Below, piece by piece: positions 8,433 through 10,651 of a DNA stretch of 10,651 bases. The notes beneath the pieces are model-generated. The model was not told where the DNA came from. It ran no database searches and worked only from the letters and a program-made list of their open reading frames with translations. The stretch is from Chlamydiota bacterium. Lineage in GTDB: Bacteria; Chlamydiota; Chlamydiia; Chlamydiales; SM23-39. Location: contig JASFVE010000065.1 in the NCBI GenBank assembly GCA_050049995.1, forward strand, positions 1 to 10,651, in the 5' to 3' direction. The position numbers were made by a program, and so were the translations under genes. Every line of letters starts with the position of its first letter. The first letter of the stretch is position 1.

Positions 8433-9518
8433 TTAGTTCATTAAGTTTAAGAATTTTAAATGTAAGGGCAAAGGAAAGAAAAAACTATGTGGAATACGCT
8501 GCAAAAAAACATCCCTAACTTGGTTAAGCCTTTGAACAAGACTTAATTGAGTTGGATCTTGTTTTTTTACTTCTTTTATTTTTTTAGCATGTGTTGAGCT
8601 TAGTTTTTGCATAATTCCTATATTGGCAATTTGCATTGCAATATTATACGAAAGATTTAAAAGACCAATCACCTCTCCTGTCCACTCTATAGGATGACCA
8701 AGTATGCTCGGGATCTCTCCAGATTGATAATCGTGGATTCCCTGTAACGTAGAATCTTTTATGCCGCTAATATAGATGCGAATTACACCTAAAAAAAGTA
8801 TTTCTCGAGCAATAACGGCTATCTTTTTTTTCAATGAAACAAATTGCCATCCCATTTTAAATCGCTGGAAAAAGGATTGGTTCATTTCTTTTTCTATTTC
8901 TTGATATGAGCTTTGTAAATCAGTATCCACTTTGAGTAGATCTTCTTTGTCATCAACATCACTAAGATTTCCTGGATCAGGAAAATGACTAAGGGAACAA
9001 AAAGAATTGTATAAATACCTTTCTTTTAACTGCAGCTTTTCAAAATATATTTTTTCGCGGTCTTTTCTTGGCACATTTGCATTTGCAATATGAACTTGGA
9101 AAAGCTTATCTATTTTTGCTAAAGCTCCAACTGCCTGCAGGTTATTTAGTATATTCCACACAGATTTTCCAACAAAAAAAGATAAGGAACCCCATTCGGA
9201 AATATGCCCTTGTACCGGAGATATTCCCAGTTCTTTAAGCTCTTGTATAGTCGATAAATACGCTAAGTAAGCTGCCGTTGCAGAGCCCCCCATAACTCCA
9301 GTCGTGAAAACTCCACTCATAAAGCCTGCTATTTTATAAGCACACTTCTTCCAAGTGGAAGCTCCCTTTGTAATAACGCCCCATCCTTCCTTAACCAGAC
9401 CCGATGAGTTATATGATTCCACTGTTTTAAATAATTCGGATAGCGCCTTATTAACATTGAAGTTTTGCCCTTCTATGTCCTCTTGAAAAACTTCTCTCTT
9501 TACATCTGCTACTGCCAT
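8433..9518 (-). CDS. Hypothetical membrane protein with two ~170-aa internal repeats, each with GHxxEW (paralogue B)
   Basis: 361 aa ORF with strong SD TAAGGAG (9524-9530). GHISEW and GHPIEW are exactly 170 aa apart, with hydrophobic segments on either side. Confidence 0.8.
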   Translation of the reverse strand: MAVADVKREVFQEDIEGQNFNVNKALSELFKTVESYNSSGLVKEGWGVITKGASTWKKCAYKIAGFMSGVFTTGVMGGSATAAYLAYLSTIQELKELGISPVQGHISEWGSLSFFVGKSVWNILNNLQAVGALAKIDKLFQVHIANANVPRKDREKIYFEKLQLKERYLYNSFCSLSHFPDPGNLSDVDDKEDLLKVDTDLQSSYQEIEKEMNQSFFQRFKMGWQFVSLKKKIAVIAREILFLGVIRIYISGIKDSTLQGIHDYQSGEIPSILGHPIEWTGEVIGLLNLSYNIAMQIANIGIMQKLSSTHAKKIKEVKKQDPTQLSLVQRLNQVRDVFLQRIPHSFFFPLPLHLKFLNLMN

Positions 9519-9535
9519 TTTTTCTCCTTAATTAC

Positions 9536-9555
9536 TATGTAGCTTTAGCTACAAT
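9536..9555. promoter_or_regulatory. Palindromic operator 1 (putative MntR box)
   Basis: TATGTAGC-TTTA-GCTACAAT, with core TGTAGC-N4-GCTACA at 9538-9553, just upstream of the paralogue B SD. Confidence 0.7.
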
Positions 9556-9576
9556 ATTTATAAAAAAACGGCGATT

Positions 9577-9596
9577 TATGTAGCATATGCTACATA
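9577..9596. promoter_or_regulatory. Palindromic operator 2 (putative MntR box)
   Basis: Perfect 20-bp palindrome TATGTAGCATATGCTACATA. Same core as operator 1, with centres 41 bp apart. Confidence 0.75.
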
Positions 9597-9633
9597 GACA
9601 AGACAAGTAATATTTTTATTTTATTAAAAAAAT

Positions 9634-10050
9634 TTAACTTCGTTGTAAATATTCAGAGATTTTTGACAGAGTCTCTTGAGAAATATGATGTTCAATTCCT
9701 TCTACATCATTTTCTGCAGTAGCCTGAGAAACACCCAGTTTAAGCAAAAATTTTAAAAGGGTTTCATGCTTTTTTTTACTTTGATGAGCAAGCTTGTCTC
9801 CTTTTTTTGTTAAAAAAATAGGCCCTCTGGTTTGATTTTTTAAGTACCCTTCGAGCTCCAGTCTGGATAAAGTCCTAATTACAGTCACGTGAGATACTCC
9901 AAGGTGTTTTGCAAGGTCGCAAACTCTGGCTTCTCCTTTATTGCTAATTAGGTCTTGGATAAGTTCCGTATAATCTTCTGCTGATTCGATTAAATCTCTT
10001 TTACGCTTGATTTTAAAAGGATCTGCTCTAGTAAGGGGCTTGTTTTTCAT
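9634..10050 (-). CDS. mntR: DtxR/MntR-family metalloregulator, short E. coli MntR-like form
   Basis: 138 aa. AEDYTELIQDLISNKGEARVCDLAKHLGVSHVTVIRTLSRL winged HTH, KKKHETL, AENDVEGIEHHIS metal-binding segment. No C-terminal SH3/FeoA domain. Confidence 0.88.
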   Translation of the reverse strand: MKNKPLTRADPFKIKRKRDLIESAEDYTELIQDLISNKGEARVCDLAKHLGVSHVTVIRTLSRLELEGYLKNQTRGPIFLTKKGDKLAHQSKKKHETLLKFLLKLGVSQATAENDVEGIEHHISQETLSKISEYLQRS

Positions 10051-10058
10051 AAGAAGCT

Positions 10059-10086
10059 ATGTTAGAATTCTTTCCAATAAAAGCAA
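10059..10086 (-). promoter_or_regulatory. Possible mntR promoter giving a nearly leaderless mRNA
   Basis: TTGCTT (10086-10081), 16 nt spacer, TAACAT (10064-10059), ending 8 nt before the ATG. mntR has no SD. Confidence 0.35.
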
Positions 10087-10101
10087 AATTTAAAAAAATA
10101 A

Positions 10102-10651
10102 ATGATTACTTTAGATTCCCTTTCTAAGAAGCTCGGAACAAGAGTTCTATTTGATGATGTAACTGTTACTTTTAACGAAGGAGCTCGTTATGGATTAACA
10201 GGGCCTAACGGAGCTGGAAAATCTACGCTTCTAAAAATTATCATGGGACAAGAGCCTCCTACTACTGGCCATGTCTCTCTTCCTGAAAAAGTAGGATACC
10301 TCAAACAAAATATTGAAGAGTTTGCTAATTTTACCGCAATAGAGACTGTTATTATGGGTAATGCCCGCTTGTGGGATGCTTTATCTGAAAGAGACAGATT
10401 ATATGAAGTAGAAATGACAGACGAAGTAGGGATGCGTCTTGGTGACTTAGAAGAAATCATTGCAGATGAGAATGGCTACACAGCTGAAGTTGATGCTGAA
10501 GTGCTTCTCATTGGAATGGGGATACCAAAAGATGCCCATGAAGAAAAAATGCACTCCCTTCCAACAGACTGGCAATTTAGGATTTTATTATGTCAGGCAT
10601 TATTTGGAGACCCTCAAGCTCTTATTTTAGACGTACCGACAAACCATTTAG
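10102..10651 (+). CDS. ABC-F family ribosome-associated ATPase, YbiT-like (partial, runs off the right edge; absent from the ORF track)
   Basis: Manual translation from ATG 10102: MITLDSLSKKLGTRVLFDDVTVTFNEGARYGLTGPNGAGKSTLLKI (Walker A)...VIMGNARLW..ERDRLYE..NGYTAE (arm)...FRILLCQALFGDPQALILDVPTNHL (Walker B region). Confidence 0.92.
   Translation, partial: MITLDSLSKKLGTRVLFDDVTVTFNEGARYGLTGPNGAGKSTLLKIIMGQEPPTTGHVSLPEKVGYLKQNIEEFANFTAIETVIMGNARLWDALSERDRLYEVEMTDEVGMRLGDLEEIIADENGYTAEVDAEVLLIGMGIPKDAHEEKMHSLPTDWQFRILLCQALFGDPQALILDVPTNHL

Noticed and set aside
4565..10460. Short ORFs 4565-4777, 5269-5538, 6993-7217, 7328-7510 and 10188-10460
   Set aside because: Antisense to better-supported genes (glyA, cdsZ, xerC, paralogue A, ABC-F).
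1..10651. CRISPR arrays, tRNAs, IS elements, tandem DNA repeats
   Set aside because: No periodic direct repeats, cloverleaf structures, transposase motifs or terminal inverted repeats were found by eye.

Overview
AT-rich chromosomal segment, most likely from a non-Chlamydiaceae member of Chlamydiota. This assignment rests on glyA-clpP-dapF synteny, a long chlamydial-type GlyA, a CT398/CdsZ-like gene followed by rnpB, and xerC lying near an ABC-F gene. Left to right: the 5' part of a SWIM zinc-finger protein (probably an SNF2-type helicase, runs off the left edge); a minus-strand glyA-clpP-dapF-ald operon; a divergent cdsZ-like gene immediately followed by RNase P RNA and a terminator; xerC; two unannotated tandem membrane-protein genes; mntR; and the 5' part of a YbiT-like ABC-F ATPase. 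The most interesting element is a ~2.8 kb module at 7233-10050. It contains an E. coli-type MntR gene, two TGTAGC-N4-GCTACA palindromes, and two distant paralogues that are each built from two copies of a ~170-aa hydrophobic-hairpin domain, one carrying a repeated GHxxEW motif. This is a candidate undescribed Mn2+-regulated membrane system. All family assignments come from motif recognition by eye, and no searches were run.
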